Origin: Felis catus
Taxonomy: Eukaryota
Direction of reading: 5' to 3'
NCBI RefSeq assembly: GCF_018350175.1
Contig: NC_058368.1
Location: 33,978,001-34,042,000, forward strand
DNA: 64,000 nt
The notes beneath the pieces were generated by a model. That model had not been told where the DNA came from. It did not search any database and saw only the letters and a list, made by a program, of their open reading frames with translations. Below are positions 25,785-39,153 of the stretch, piece after piece; the stretch's first letter is position 1; the number at the start of each line of letters is the position of its first letter. The position numbers and the translations under genes were made by a program.

Positions 25785-28097
25785 GTGAGTGAAGCCTTCC
25801 AATGCTTACAACGTGTAAAGCTTAAGCAATCATTATAAACCTATTAGTACTAGAGTCACAGTTTATCACGGTGGAACGGACCATTGATAATATATCAAAG
25901 AAACAGCAGATTCCAAGCTTGTCCCAGACAGAAAGCAACTATTCAACACCTCAGGAACAACAGAAAAAGGAAGGCCATGGATATTAGTCTGTAACCATCT
26001 TAAAATGACAACTTGACCAAAGTCACCAGATTGTGCTTATCTTTACAGACATTCCCCAACCTGTCCCATTTTGTGTTTCATTAGCAAAGAAAGCAGGGCA
26101 TATGTTGGCTAGGTATGCACATTCTAATATACTAACTTACAAGATCAAATTTAGTAAATTCACCACGTTTAGGTAAAATGAAAACCTGGTTGGAATTTTA
26201 TAGCTCTTAGCAGAGTTTGTTTATTTTTAACGCGCATTTTAGCCTCAAAGTAGTTTTTCAAGAGTTAAATGACAGCAAGCCAGAATTTTGGCTCCTTTTC
26301 TGATTTACATCTAAATGTACATGAGTGTCAAATAAATATGTACTTGTTTACCCTGATAGAGATAAAAAAGAAATACTTCCTAATAATACAAATGTTTTCT
26401 AAAAGTCTATCTTCAATTTATCCATTTGATATGCCTTTTTATTAGTTTTGATGCTTTTATTGTTTCAAGCACAATGAAATATTTGCTAATGATTCACCCA
26501 GAGAATTAAGCTACTCTGACATATAAGACTTAGGCACTGTGAATAGGTTTTTATGTCTAATTATAAAAAATGAAAAAAAACTGCTGTGTAAATCAGGTTT
26601 CAGAATTGCAAGTACGTATTATATTAGTTAATACTGGTTTTCAAAGTATAATAGTATTTAAATATATCTAATATTTATTATTTCAGTTTTTTAGGGAGAA
26701 ACTGCATTTAAACTTTGTGAACATAGTCATTTATTCTTCTAATTCACTTATTGATTGTCAATTCATAGAAAGTAACCTTTTGCCTGTAGTGAAGCCTGAC
26801 ATATTACATATGTGTCAATAGATATTATTAATTTCTCTAATGTAAAATTAAAATTCATTTTAATACAAACACATTCACACATATGTGAATTCAATACAGA
26901 AATAAATACATAGGTTCATAATAATATATATGTAATACAGAAATAAATACATATGTTCAATAAAATATAATTTATATTTCTGCACTGAATACAACATCCT
27001 GAATTTATTTTAAGATTGGCCTCCAAAAAAGCCTTTTTTGATAAGTCATAACTGCCATATACACCATAGCAACTTTTTGTCCAACAATGCAATATTGTGT
27101 TTTATAGTAATTGAATTGTAATTCAATTGAATTACAATTGAATATTGAATTGAATATTTATAGAATATTCATAGTTCCTACAAATTTGAATGTTTACTTA
27201 AAGTGACTTAAATGATCTTGATGGGTTTTAACTATGTCATATTATAATATGTGAATTTTTTAGACAAATTTTAAGTAGTGGGTTGTTGCATCTTGATATG
27301 TGAATACAGAACCTAACATAGACTCATCTTTGTGTGTAATAAAGTGATTGATGGATAATACATTGGCTACTTTTTGCAAAGCTGCATAGAGTAAGTAAAG
27401 AGTTTGCATTTATTATCATATTTCATGAGAAACTTTTTTAATCAAAGAAAAGTTTATATGCTGTTCACATTAACTCTTTAAATTATTTTCATCCAACTGA
27501 GCAATATATTTGATGGGAAAGAGCAAAGACCCCTATAGAAAATGGAAGTGGTTTTATTTATGCCTAAAGATGTCATTTATACTGAAAATCTGTTTTTTCA
27601 ATTTTCATATTAGAAGATAATACCTTAAAAAAGTAGGCCATTCTTAGAAGAGCATATATTTGGTATATATTGTAAATAACATTCTACATAAAATAATTGC
27701 TAGTGTAAGAGTGAGAATGCTAATACAAATGTGTCCTGGAAAACAACTAGTTTCCACACATCTTTCTTAATAAATATGGGAAAGTTATTATGAATCTATG
27801 AATTATAGAAGAAATACAGACCTCTAAAACATGATTTTGGAGGATTAGATAAAATAGTATTTCATTGACTGATTGATTAATGTATTAGCTCGTGTATTTA
27901 ATAAATATCTATTAAATCCTTTCAATACTTGAGGAAAGTTAGTTTCTTCAGGAACATCAAAAATAAATTTGACTTGGAGCCTGCCTTCAAGAAACTGTAT
28001 GTAACTAGTAGAGATGGGAAAGCTCTCCCTCTCTGTCTCTCTCATCTGTCTCCATTTTTCATCTTCAGTCTCCCTATTTCTTTCCATCATCTATCAT

Positions 28098-28213
28098 CTT
28101 TTTTGTTTTCTTCTTTCCTTCCTTTTTTGCCTTCCTTCCTCCCTCTTTTCCTTCCTTCCTTCCTTCCTTCCTTCCTTCCTTCCTTCCTTCCTTCCTTCCA
28201 TTCTTCTTTTTCT

Positions 28214-28260
<47 letters not shown>
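28098..28260. repeat. Compound (CCTT)n/(TTTC)n microsatellite
   Basis: Seen directly. Confidence 0.97.
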
Positions 28261-28261
<1 letters not shown>

Positions 28262-28311
28262 CTATCCATGTTTATACTTATCTATCTACCTATATAGACT
28301 CAGAGAAGGAG

Positions 28312-28500
28312 ACTAGCATTTACTGAGTTCTTACCATTTACTATAAACTGTGTTAGCTCCATTTCATTGTTAGCTTATTTAACCTGAAAACTCTAAAATG
28401 CTTAATCATTTTTGTCTCACTTACAAGAAAACTGAACGTATAGAAAATATATTAATCTGCTCAGCAGGTTGGAATTTTATGCTACATCTAGATATAGCTA
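28312..28500 (-). mobile_element. MIR fragment
   Basis: ctagcatttactgagttcttac…ttatttaacct…gaaaactgaa resembles an antisense MIR. Confidence 0.45.
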
Positions 28501-29849
28501 AAACTTGTGTCTTTTCTACACAACTTTGTCTCCAAATGGGAGAATTTGCTCAGACATTCTGATTCACTGCTATGACTAGATATCAAATAAACATTGAAGA
28601 ATAAGTTAAAACTTGAGTTCATGTATGCAAACCTTACGGGAGAATATAAGAATAGCTCATATGCATTGAATGAATTATGCAGTACTTAAACCTTATTATC
28701 CTATTTAGTTTTCATTGCATTTATAGATAAGGAAGTACTGCTACTCTCACATTTAACAGATATTAAGAAATGTTCTCAGTGTTCTGCAGTTATAAGCAGT
28801 GAAGTCAACATTAGAAATAAAATGACATGCCTTCAGAGCCCGCCCTCTTACCCAATGCTTTATACTATTCACATAATGAACAGTTTACTCAGAAATAATT
28901 TTAAAATGTTTGAAGAAGCCATCAGCCATTGTCTTGGTCAATGTACTCTGTTAATTTATTTGAAAAGCGTCAAGAGAGGCAATGCCAAATTAATTCAATG
29001 CACACCCATAAAGAATAATTTTCTTTACAGATGAAAGATGATGACAGCCGTATTTAAGCAATTATGTCAGATTTCAAATATTAAACCCTAATCTTTAATA
29101 CCTTCAAAAATCTCCTAAGAATCAAAAGTAAATTTTCTCTTAGGAGAAAGAAACCAAACACTAAACAGAAAGAAATCCATTTATGAGTCTTTTTTTCTTT
29201 CTAAAAATTTGTAGTAGTGCCTTAACACATTTAAGTTAAAACAATCAATAGCATATTATATTTTATAGTTTTTGTATTAGCTTATTTGATTTCTTTCCTT
29301 GTTTAAATTTTCTCTATTAAGAAAAATGATGTTCTATTTCTAACTCAAAATGTTTCTTTAGCTTAGAAATTAGAATTAATTCCAAAAATAATCTTCACAT
29401 TTTCAATGGAAGTTTCTAATAATGGTTTTCCTTTGCAAATGATTTAGGCCTTTGAGATCTTCTATTATTAGTTCAAATATTACTTTTTCTTCTCTTTTGT
29501 GCAGACTTTTTCCATTTGTTCTATTCCTGATAATTATGTTTATTGCTACCATCGGTTTAGTCGTCCCAAATACACAGCAGTAGTATGTGTTGCTCATTAT
29601 TTTAGCAAAAATATTTGAAAGAGTTCAGTAGTTAATTGAAGGCATGATGGATAGCACGACAGCTGAGGAATAGCCTTAAGGATTTTATGTTAAATCCTCT
29701 AATAGAAAGAAGTGGTTTTAGTTTCTCTAGTGGGACTAAAAAAAATTCTCAAAGAATGTACTTAGTTTCTTTCTATTTGATTGCATCTTTGTGCCCTGCC
29801 AGTCTATTTGTCACTTAGATTTTCTCCATACTCCTTTTGTCCAATATTA

Positions 29850-29898
29850 TAGGTAGGTAGGTAGGTAGGTATCTACCTAGGTAGATAGGTAGGTAGAT
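29850..29898. repeat. (TAGG)n array with inverted core
   Basis: Seen directly. Confidence 0.9.
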
Positions 29899-32800
29899 AA
29901 AGCAATCCACTTTGACTTCTTTCAGAAAACATCTGTACTTTGGAGTTTCTGTCCATTACAGAAGTCTGGTAAAGTATTTTGATTGTGAGCAATAACTTTT
30001 TCTTCTTTAACAACATTTAGTAAACTTTCCCTAAAATTCAGTAGTCTCTCTTGATTCCCAAATAATAAATGTGCAGTTTTCATAAATGCTGTCTGATGAT
30101 TTCTTTGAGCTCTTTATTGATAACTCAGTGACTGTTCTCAAGTTTTCAAGGGTAATCAGTCTTCTGCTATCTTTATAGTTGACTGAAAGCAAGTTCGTGA
30201 ATTTAAGCCAGAAGCTAGTGGAATAGCATTGCACCCTGTAAGTGTTGACAACCTTTGCTAGGGACAGCAGTAGAAGCATCACCGTGAGGGAAGCTAATGC
30301 CCTGTTAGGTGGCCAACTATCCATCCCTTCCTCTGTAACTGGATTCCAGGACTTTTCTGATCCTTAGAAGTTGCTTCATTCAAGTTCTTTCTCATTTCTC
30401 CTTTTATTTAATTGCCTTATAATTTCTTTCTTTCTTTTTTTTTTTTTCCTATTCAATTCTGTGCCTCCTCTGTCCCCTCTCTTCTGCTAGAAAATCTGAC
30501 TTCTTAAATTACATTCTGGGTTCAAAACATTTCAGAATAGAATCCCTGATTAAAATCTAATAAAAATAAAATCAATAGAAAGTTGAGAATAATAGAAATA
30601 CAAAATAAGCTAGGTTTGCTCCAGTGAATTCAGTTTTAAAACTAAATTACATTCTTAAGGGTTGCCTTCCCTCTTCCCAGAGGACATTCTGGAAAACTAC
30701 AAAAACTAAAGCTAATGGATTTTTTTGTTTGTTTGTTTTGTTTTTTTCAAGTCACTGTTTGAATTTTGCTTGTGGGCCCCATATTTAAAACAGGATTAGG
30801 CTAGTTTAAAGACTGCAGTATTTTTTATGTGATTTCAGAGTTTGGCGAGGCTCTGAACCCTACTCTTTCAACATCGCCCTCCCTAATTTACTGCATAATA
30901 ACTGCAATTTCACCATATTTCTAATTATGTCTGGAAAGGAAACAGTTTAAGGTTTCTACAACCTATACTTTACCATGGAGGAACAACTTAAGGAAGAAAT
31001 AATAGGGAAATGGGAGAACACAAGGTGAAGCTCTTGTCCACCAGAGTAGGGGTGGAGCCATACATACAGGGTTTGGAAAGGAGTTATTGAGAAAGGATTA
31101 GGACACTGAACGCAAACTTGACCTATTTTGCAATTGCCCCTAGAACTGACTAGCAATAGGACCATACTTGGATAGTACTTTAATATTCTCAAGCTTCCGT
31201 TCTGCTTTCTATTCTGCACCTATGGTTACTGCAGCTGTGACCCTTCCAATCAGTCGATGTCTCTTCCCAGACCTTCCCATAACACGCATCAACAAATTGC
31301 TTCTACACAAGTAAGGACACAGAGGTGATGACGACGTCCATCCTCGCAATCTCTGAAAATACTTTTAAAAAGAAATGCTGCTGTAAACTTATTAATATCA
31401 ATTTGTCTTATGAAGGAAATGGAAAATCACTGCCATATAGAGGGATGCGGAGTGGGGAAAGCAAAAGGAACAGTTGACTATTTAATACCAGGAAGAAATC
31501 ACTTACGGATTTTTAAAGGCACGGCTGCTTTTATGATTCAAATGTGTGGCATTTAAGAAATTGTATTATTTGCCAAGAATTCTTATTATATCAAGCCATC
31601 TAAGTTTGTATTCGGCTGCATTTAAGAGCACCTTAATGTCAACTTTTTCCCCCTCTTGTGCTGTCTTAGGACTTTCAGAATTCATCTGGCTTTAGATTTT
31701 ACTGGATAAAATATTCCCCAAACTATGAGCAGCTTAAGTTCATTTTTGATTACCAAACTTTGCAAATGTCCCATAGTTCACCTAACCTTAAAAGTTTCAA
31801 TGACATCTCTTTCTCGTGTGCAAACATCTGTTTCTAGAATCCAGCAGCTGGTATCATGAAAATAGAGAGATTTTATCACCCTCACATTTGTTCTCATCAT
31901 AAAGCCTCCCTAACAAGTGTTGCATGATTTACTATAGATTCAATGTGATTTTTAGGTTATCTTGCTTTTAGTAATGACTTTTGCTAAAACACTCCAAATG
32001 GGGAATGTTGGGACAGTAGTTCCCAAACTTTTAGAATCTCATTTTGCCGTGGGGCAGGGGAACCCTTCCCAGCCTTAGAATTATTGTTTCTTTCAAACAC
32101 TGGGATACAACTAGAGGATTTTGGTTTTTGTGTGTTTTTTTAATAAGGACTTTTTTTTCATTTTTACAAATAAAATTGTACATTAATATTATGTACATTT
32201 CTATGAAAATAAGAGTATGGCATAAACGATAAACTATGACAATCAAGGATGGTTATTAGTTCATCTGTTAATTAAGAATTGTGAAAAACTAATGTTGATA
32301 GGTCTTAAGCTTCTTCAAGAAATTTTCCATTATTTCACTTTAAACCCATGTTCCAGTATTGCAGGTTCTCCGTTCTTTTGAAAACCATATGAGGAAACGT
32401 TAGGGTAGGAAGATTCCTTGAATCCTTGAAGCATAATTCCCCTGTTTTATAAGTAAGAAAACAGATTCAATGAGTCTTAAAGTTAGAGGCAGAGATAGTG
32501 CTAGTTCTAGGTTTATCGTTTGCTGGTCTTGAGTTCTTTGTATCCTTCATGCCATTCCTGTAATTCATGATAGAGAGACTTCAGCGTCTCCAAGCAGGTA
32601 CTTCAGATTTGTCAAAACACTTCATTTTTTTATAAATCTGAAGATGTAGGCAGTTATGCCTGAGAGCTTAATTTTTGATTCTTTCATGTATATTGAATAA
32701 ATATTTAACATATAAGTATATAAATATATATTATATATACATTGAATAAATGTATTGAATAGAAGCTCCAAAAAGTCAAAAAGATGTATCATACCAGATG

Positions 32801-33411
32801 TAGACAGTGACACTATTGTGTTATTTGTCACCAAGCATAAGGGTGTATATATTTCTCATCTAGGCACAATATCTACACTTGTAATTGTGAGTCCCTGATA
32901 TTGTCTCAGTGCACCGAGGTATGATGGTTCCAAGGAGAGATTTATTTAATCACTTATTTTTTTTTCTTTTAACAACTGTGCCAGGGATGCAAAGACAAAG
33001 TAATGCACAGGCTGGGTTCTGCAGGAGCTCACACTCTAGTAAGAGAATTGGACGTATAAGCTCTGAGGTTGGTGTAGTGAGAGCCATGCCCTGAGTATGC
33101 ATGGAGTCATGAGAAAGAAAACCCAGCTGAGATTTAAGGGAATCAAAGAAAACTCCTGGGGAAGGAGACATTTGAGTTGACTGGTTCATTCAGAAAATGT
33201 TTACCTGTTTGGGGAGGGAGGATAAGAGGGCACTCTAAGAAACACAGATGAAGTAATGTATGGCAAGTTGCTGTTGGATGCATGTGAGTAGGAAGGTGTG
33301 AGATGAAAAATGTGGCAAATGAGACTGAGAGGTTGTGAGAAGCCCAGTGATGAGATAACTGACAAGGAGCCATTGGAGGTTCAGGTGGCAACAGTGCAAA
33401 GTCTCATTTTA

Positions 33412-33607
33412 TTTTTATATTATTTTTTATTTCTTTAGAAAGAGAGAGAGCACGAGCAGGGAACAGGGGCAGAGGAAGAGAGAGAAAGAAGCAGGCTCCA
33501 TCCTCAGCACAGAGCTGGATGTGGGGCTCAATCCACGACCCTGAGATTATGACCTGAGCCAAAATCAAAAGTCAGAGGCCCAACCAACTGAGCCACCCAA
33601 GCCCTCC
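33412..33607 (-). mobile_element. CAN-SINE inserted in an L2-like region
   Basis: Perfect 15-bp TSD caaagtctcatttta at 33397-33411 and 33608-33622. Confidence 0.94.
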
Positions 33608-34907
33608 CAAAGTCTCATTTTAAAGAGATTATTTTCTGTCAATGCCTGGGGAGACAGGGATACACTTAGGAAGCTGAGGAAGTAATGTAAGACAAGGCAA
33701 ATGAGACCAAGAGTAGTAAAGAGGTAGCAGGAATGGAATTAAGTGAAAGATTAAAAACTTTTTAGAATATGACAGTACTTTTATGATTATAAAAAATTGC
33801 TTATTATTCACTTGAAATTGATTTTAAGATAATGGTTTCTAAAGGAAAAAAATCATTTAATACCCAAATAAATGGACTATACCTTGAATTATTTTAAGTC
33901 TCTTTTTGTGTAATTTATACCATATATATTAAATAACACACAAGTATTTGAAAGTTTCAGCATTTTCTCTAAATTGACAATACTGATTTGTATGCTGAAA
34001 TCAACTTACTAAAAAAACTTCACCATTTAAAGATGATAGAAAAAAATAAAAAATAAAGATGCTAGGACTAAACAGAAATGAAACAAAAAAAACTTCAGCT
34101 AACCAGAGAATTTTTAGAAAATGGAGAGGCAGTGTAGAACGTGGTATCATAATGAGTCTGAGAATCATGACTTGGGTGACTAAGTTCAGTTTACTAAAGT
34201 GGAAAAGACAGGGTGAGGTCACCACGGGGAAAATATTTGGGAAGTAAAAAAGAGTTTAAGGTGAATATCAGAACAGGCAACTGGAAAATATAATTTGGCA
34301 ATCAGAATAGAAGTTTGGAGGTATAAACTTGGACAATCCTATGGACATAGGATCATGCGTGAAGTATGTACATTGATGAAATACGTCATTGGGAGAAAAG
34401 AATCCAGGAGACTGGAATCCAGGATTATTGGGAAAAAAGGATCCGGGACAGAATCCTGCAGCATTTAGAAGTTGGGAAGGGAGAAAGTTCAATAATGGTT
34501 CCACCTGCCAAGAAACATGTTCAGTATGTTTGTGACAATCCAAAATCTGGAGATGTCATGGATGAGTTTTATGACCAAAACCTAGAGTTTTTAGACTTCA
34601 TTTCCAACCAAATATCATTGAGAGCCAAATTAAATCAATACATTAAGTAAAGTTAAATAATACTGTTTTTGTTAAAAACAGGATGATACTGAGAAAGTTG
34701 TTTTATGAATCAACAAACAAGCTCAGAGTAAAGTCCCAAACAGGTGACCTGGCACTAACTAGAATAAAAGTATAACTTCTGGAGCTCACTTGCTTTGAAA
34801 GAAGGAACGTTCACTTGGAATCAAACGTTCTGAATTTTTAATGTAATTCAGTAACACTTTCTATAGTATCATTGTGTATATGGCACTATCTTAATTGCTA
34901 TGTTGTA

Positions 34908-35620
34908 TATTTACTCAACAAATATTCCTTGGGTTTCTGGTATGTGCCAAGCCCTCCCCCAGCTGTTGAGGACTGAATAGTAAGCAAAACAAACATTCCT
35001 TCACACTGAGCTTACATTCAAATGATGATGAAATAGTCAAGTGAACTCTCTCAAGACTCACAAAATCCATTTTCACAGAACTGGTAGTCTAGTAAAGGAA
35101 GTGAAACATGTACTAAATATAATAAAATGTAGAAAATAATGTGCTATTGATTCGGTGTAAATGAAAGGGTCTGAGAGTTTCAAAAAGAGGATAGAATATT
35201 GATAATTATTCAATGAAGACTTCATACTAGAGATGAAATTTTAGCTAAGACTTAAGGGTTGAACAAGGTTTTTACTTTGAGAGATAGAAGAAGCACAACA
35301 AATATATAAATACAATCATGGGATATGGAAAGTGGATTTAATATTTGGGGGATAATGAATAGTTCAATGTGTCCAGAGAAGGGACAGAAGGAAAAAATGC
35401 TTAAGAAAACAGAAAAAAGGTGATCAGTAAGGAAGGGAGGAAGTAGGAAAGACATAGAGTCATGGTAGCCAGAGATGGATAAGAACAAACATTTTGATTC
35501 TTTAGAGAAATCCAAGAAAATGAGGCTCAAGGAACAGTTATACAATCTGATAACTGACAGACCACTCTTGATTTTCATGAGAGGAGTTATAATGGAGTAA
35601 TGAAAAAAGAGAAGGGATTT
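34908..35620 (-). mobile_element. L2 LINE fragment (3' end)
   Basis: tttactcaacaaatattccttgggtttctggtatgtgccaagccct…gaatagtaagcaaaac is typical of the antisense L2 3' end, followed by purine-rich L2-like sequence. Confidence 0.6.
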
Positions 35621-36214
35621 CAGAAAGATAGACTATGAAGTAAGGTCAGGAATTGGAGATAGCAATTTCTCTTATTTCAAGACTGGCGAATAATGGAATA
35701 AGGGAAAGACAGGGAAAATAGTAACTAAGGAAGATGGTATTATGAATGGAAAATGCTTTAATCATTTAAGATAACTAATTATTAATATACTGAGGCAGAG
35801 GATCCAATTAGAAGGAAATATTGAAGGACAGGACTGGATAGAGGATATGCATGGGAGTGTAATGGAGATGCTAGCCTTAAAGTAAAGATCAACTCATTTT
35901 CTGTAAAGGAAAGAAAGGAGAAATAAATTAAAAAGATCAATGTAAAGGTGAAATGAAAATACTTATAGGGAGTTCATTATAGGCGGGTCCAATCTTCTCT
36001 ATAAAGTGCAAGGCAAAAGACATCAATTTCATTATTTCACATAAGCCTTTAGAGTATATAAATGACCTCAGATTTGTGAAAAAACAGGAACATCATGAAA
36101 TTACCAAAATATTCTACCCCAAAGTGCACATCTGTCAAAAACAAATATGGATGGCTGTTATTTTATATTTATATTTGTTAAAAAAAAGAAATAGGAACAT
36201 GTTATATAGCAAAC

Positions 36215-36217
<3 letters not shown>

Positions 36218-36263
<46 letters not shown>
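36218..36263. repeat. (AT)n microsatellite (~22 units)
   Basis: Seen directly. Confidence 0.97.
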
Positions 36264-36269
<6 letters not shown>

Positions 36270-36379
36270 TTAACCAAATATATTAACATTCAAATTTGCT
36301 CCCCTGGTACTTTCCAATTTCATAGCTTGAATAAATTTTTGAAAGTTGATGTTTTGATATGTATGCTTATAATTCTTAG

Positions 36380-36672
36380 AACAAGATGTTTTCCAGAATT
36401 AAGGATTTTTCAGATTTTACAAAGGTGATATAATATGTATATCATATATTATATGAAATCCTCACTGGAATCTGGCAATACACACAATCAAACACATTAA
36501 ATTTTGTAGAAAAAAACCTGAATATTTGCAGTAAATGGACTAAATGAATACTATAAATAGCTTATATTAGTTCAAGTCATTTTTTACCACTAGATGAGTA
36601 ATAAAACAATTTCCAGATCTGAAATATTTTTGGGTTTCAAAATTATGGGCAAGGAATTATATAGACTTGTAC
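36380..36672. mobile_element. Old TcMar-Tigger-like DNA transposon fragment
   Basis: ggatttttcagatttt…tttcaaaattatgggcaaggaattatatagacttgta resembles a Tigger12-type terminus. Confidence 0.45.
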
Positions 36673-37741
36673 TTAATTTGCATGTTGGGGCTTTGCTTCC
36701 TTAAATTCTTGACAACCAGTTATACTGATTGTCAAGTGGTAACATAATGATGATTCAAGTGGTAACATAATGAAAAAATTATTATGTACCACCATAAGAA
36801 ATTATTTAATCCTGTCTTCTATGAAATCATTATAGAAATATGTAGTTGGGGTCTTGCTTCAAATGTAGAAAAAATAGTCTATCATCCCTGTAATAGTTTT
36901 AATGTGATAAATATTTACTTTAGGAAGCTAAAGAGTAATCTTGGAGCATTTAAATGTTGGACTTGAAAGTGGACTAAGACTGTAAGATACAGGGTGAATT
37001 AAGTATTTGAAACTGGGATAATACATGATCAAAGATTTAGAGATGTGGCAACTGAACAGTATAATACAAGAATGGCAAAAAAAGTAGAAATATTTGTATT
37101 TGTATATGGGATATAAAATTATAATGGAGACAAATTGAACCAGATGAGTAGGTTAGGGTCAGATTATGAAAAACCTCGAATTCCATACCAATGACTTTGA
37201 GCCATATTCTACAGGCAATTGAAAACTCTTTTGAGTGGCGTTACCTGGTCACATTTTTCTTTTAGAGTGATCAATTAATAATAGACCAGGGGAGAGTTGG
37301 GAATGAAAAAAAAAAACAATGGCCAAACCAATCCATCACCAAAATTCAAAAAGGGAGAAGTATGCTTAATATTTCTTTCATTTTTATATAACATGTCATG
37401 CATTTTAATTGCATATACCCAAGAAATTTTATTGAAATTATTCTGAGCATTAAATACGATTAATTCAAAAGACACATTACTCAATTCAAAGTACTGCTAT
37501 TTATATTTGTTGATAAGCAAAGTTGATTTTTTTTCCTTTCCCTTTTATTTTACAGCAGAGCTAACAACCCTATCTTAAATATAAATCATAGTGAAGCCAT
37601 TAAAAGATCATAGATACTTGACAAACTGTGTGAATTTATTCAGATAACAAAAGATCAGCTACTAGTAATAAGGAATTTAAAAAAAAACACACACATTTAC
37701 TGAACATCTATTATATGACAAGCACTTCCCCAAACACTTTT

Positions 37742-37908
37742 GTGTTTTTAATTTATGTATTTATTTTGAAAGAGAGGAAAAGAGAGAGAATCCCAAGCAG
37801 GCTCTGCACCTTCAGCACAGAGCCTGATGCGGGGCTTGAACTCATGATCTGTGAGATTATGACCTGAGATGAAACCAAGCTTAACAAACTGAGCCACCCA
37901 GAGGACCC
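37742..37908 (-). mobile_element. CAN-SINE inserted into an antisense MIR (~37695-38025)
   Basis: SINE body gagaatcccaagcaggctctg…gagccacccagaggaccc. MIR-like catttactgaacatctatta… and aactgaaggatcttgccca on either side. Confidence 0.87.
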
Positions 37909-38449
37909 TGCACTAAGCACTTTTAAATAAATTTGTCCTAATGGCAAGCCAGTGAGATACTGTTATCTCCTGTAATAAATGAAAACCCCGTGCATCAGAA
38001 AACTGAAGGATCTTGCCCACAGATGAGACCCTTAACTGTGTAGCAGTTGTCTGTCCGATGTCATGTCTGTGCTCTTTGCACTCTTGTCCCTTCTGCTTAT
38101 TTACAGTCTTCAATAATCATGTGCAAAGAATAAATCCCAATCCAGTTATGTTGTATGAATTAAGCGCTAGTATCAGTGTCACTTTTAGAACTATGATAGA
38201 CTGCTCAGAGATATTGAAGTGATATAAACAAATTTAATCCCACTTTACTGATGATCTACAATTTGTAAGACATTGTAGTCCATATGTATTCTTAAGACAT
38301 TTCACAGTTCTCTAGGTATTTGACCAAAGGTTTTGAACAATTAAAACACAGCAAAATAGCTTGAAAATTTCATTTACCTCGGTTTCCCCTCCATCCCAAC
38401 CCTGCCAATATTTTCTCTCTACTTTCACCAGCTCTTCCCAGCCAGCTCT

Positions 38450-38800
38450 ATTCTCATCCCAGTAAGTGGCATCACCATCTACTAGTCACTCTAATCAGAA
38501 ACCAGCAAAGGAACTCCTTTTCTATCTCTTCAGCATCACAGTATGTGTTATTAAGTCCTGTTGTTACACGACCCAATTCGTCTTGAAATGTCTTCAGTTC
38601 ACTTAGTTACAGTTTATTTCCCCTGTCCAGGCTGCCTCCCTTTCTCAGAACACCTCCTAGGCAGGTGCCCACCTGCTTCCCTCAATGCCCTGTTAGTTAA
38701 CTACCATCCATTAGCAGGACAGTGATCCCCTTGAGAGATAAATTTGATCATTTCACTCCTCCAAGTATAAACATTCAGTGATTTTCACAGAGTTCTGGGA
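38450..38800 (+). mobile_element. L2 LINE fragment
   Basis: cagtaagtggcatcaccatctactagtcactctaatcagaaacc and aatttgatcatttcactcct resemble L2 motifs. Confidence 0.55.
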
Positions 38801-39056
38801 GGAGGGGGGTGATCTGCACTTTTAACCTTGGTCTATAAGCCTTGCCCTTGTGCCAGTCTCCTGCTAGTTTACTGTACCCCAGCCAGGGAGGTATTCTTTC
38901 AGTGTCTTCTTCCCTATTTCAAGAAAAAGGCTCCTGGTGAATAGAACTTTTTTGCACTAATTTGTCTCCCCCAGTAGTCTGCAAGCGACATGTTGTGAAG
39001 GAGATACTTCTCTTACACTCCCTGTATTCTCAATATATTCCCAGTATTTATTTACC

Positions 39057-39153
39057 AAAAAAAAAAAAAAAAAAAAGAAAAAAAAAGAAAAAGAAAGAAA
39101 GAAAGGAAAAAAAAAAGAAAGAAAAGAAAGAAAAAAGAAAAAGAAAACAAAAA
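39057..39153. repeat. poly(A)/(GAAAA)n A-rich tract
   Basis: Seen directly. Confidence 0.95.

Noticed and set aside
27929..28316. Low-complexity FLPS/KKER ORFs (also 23042, 38962, 52506-52860, 55908, 62747)
   Set aside because: Translations of microsatellites.
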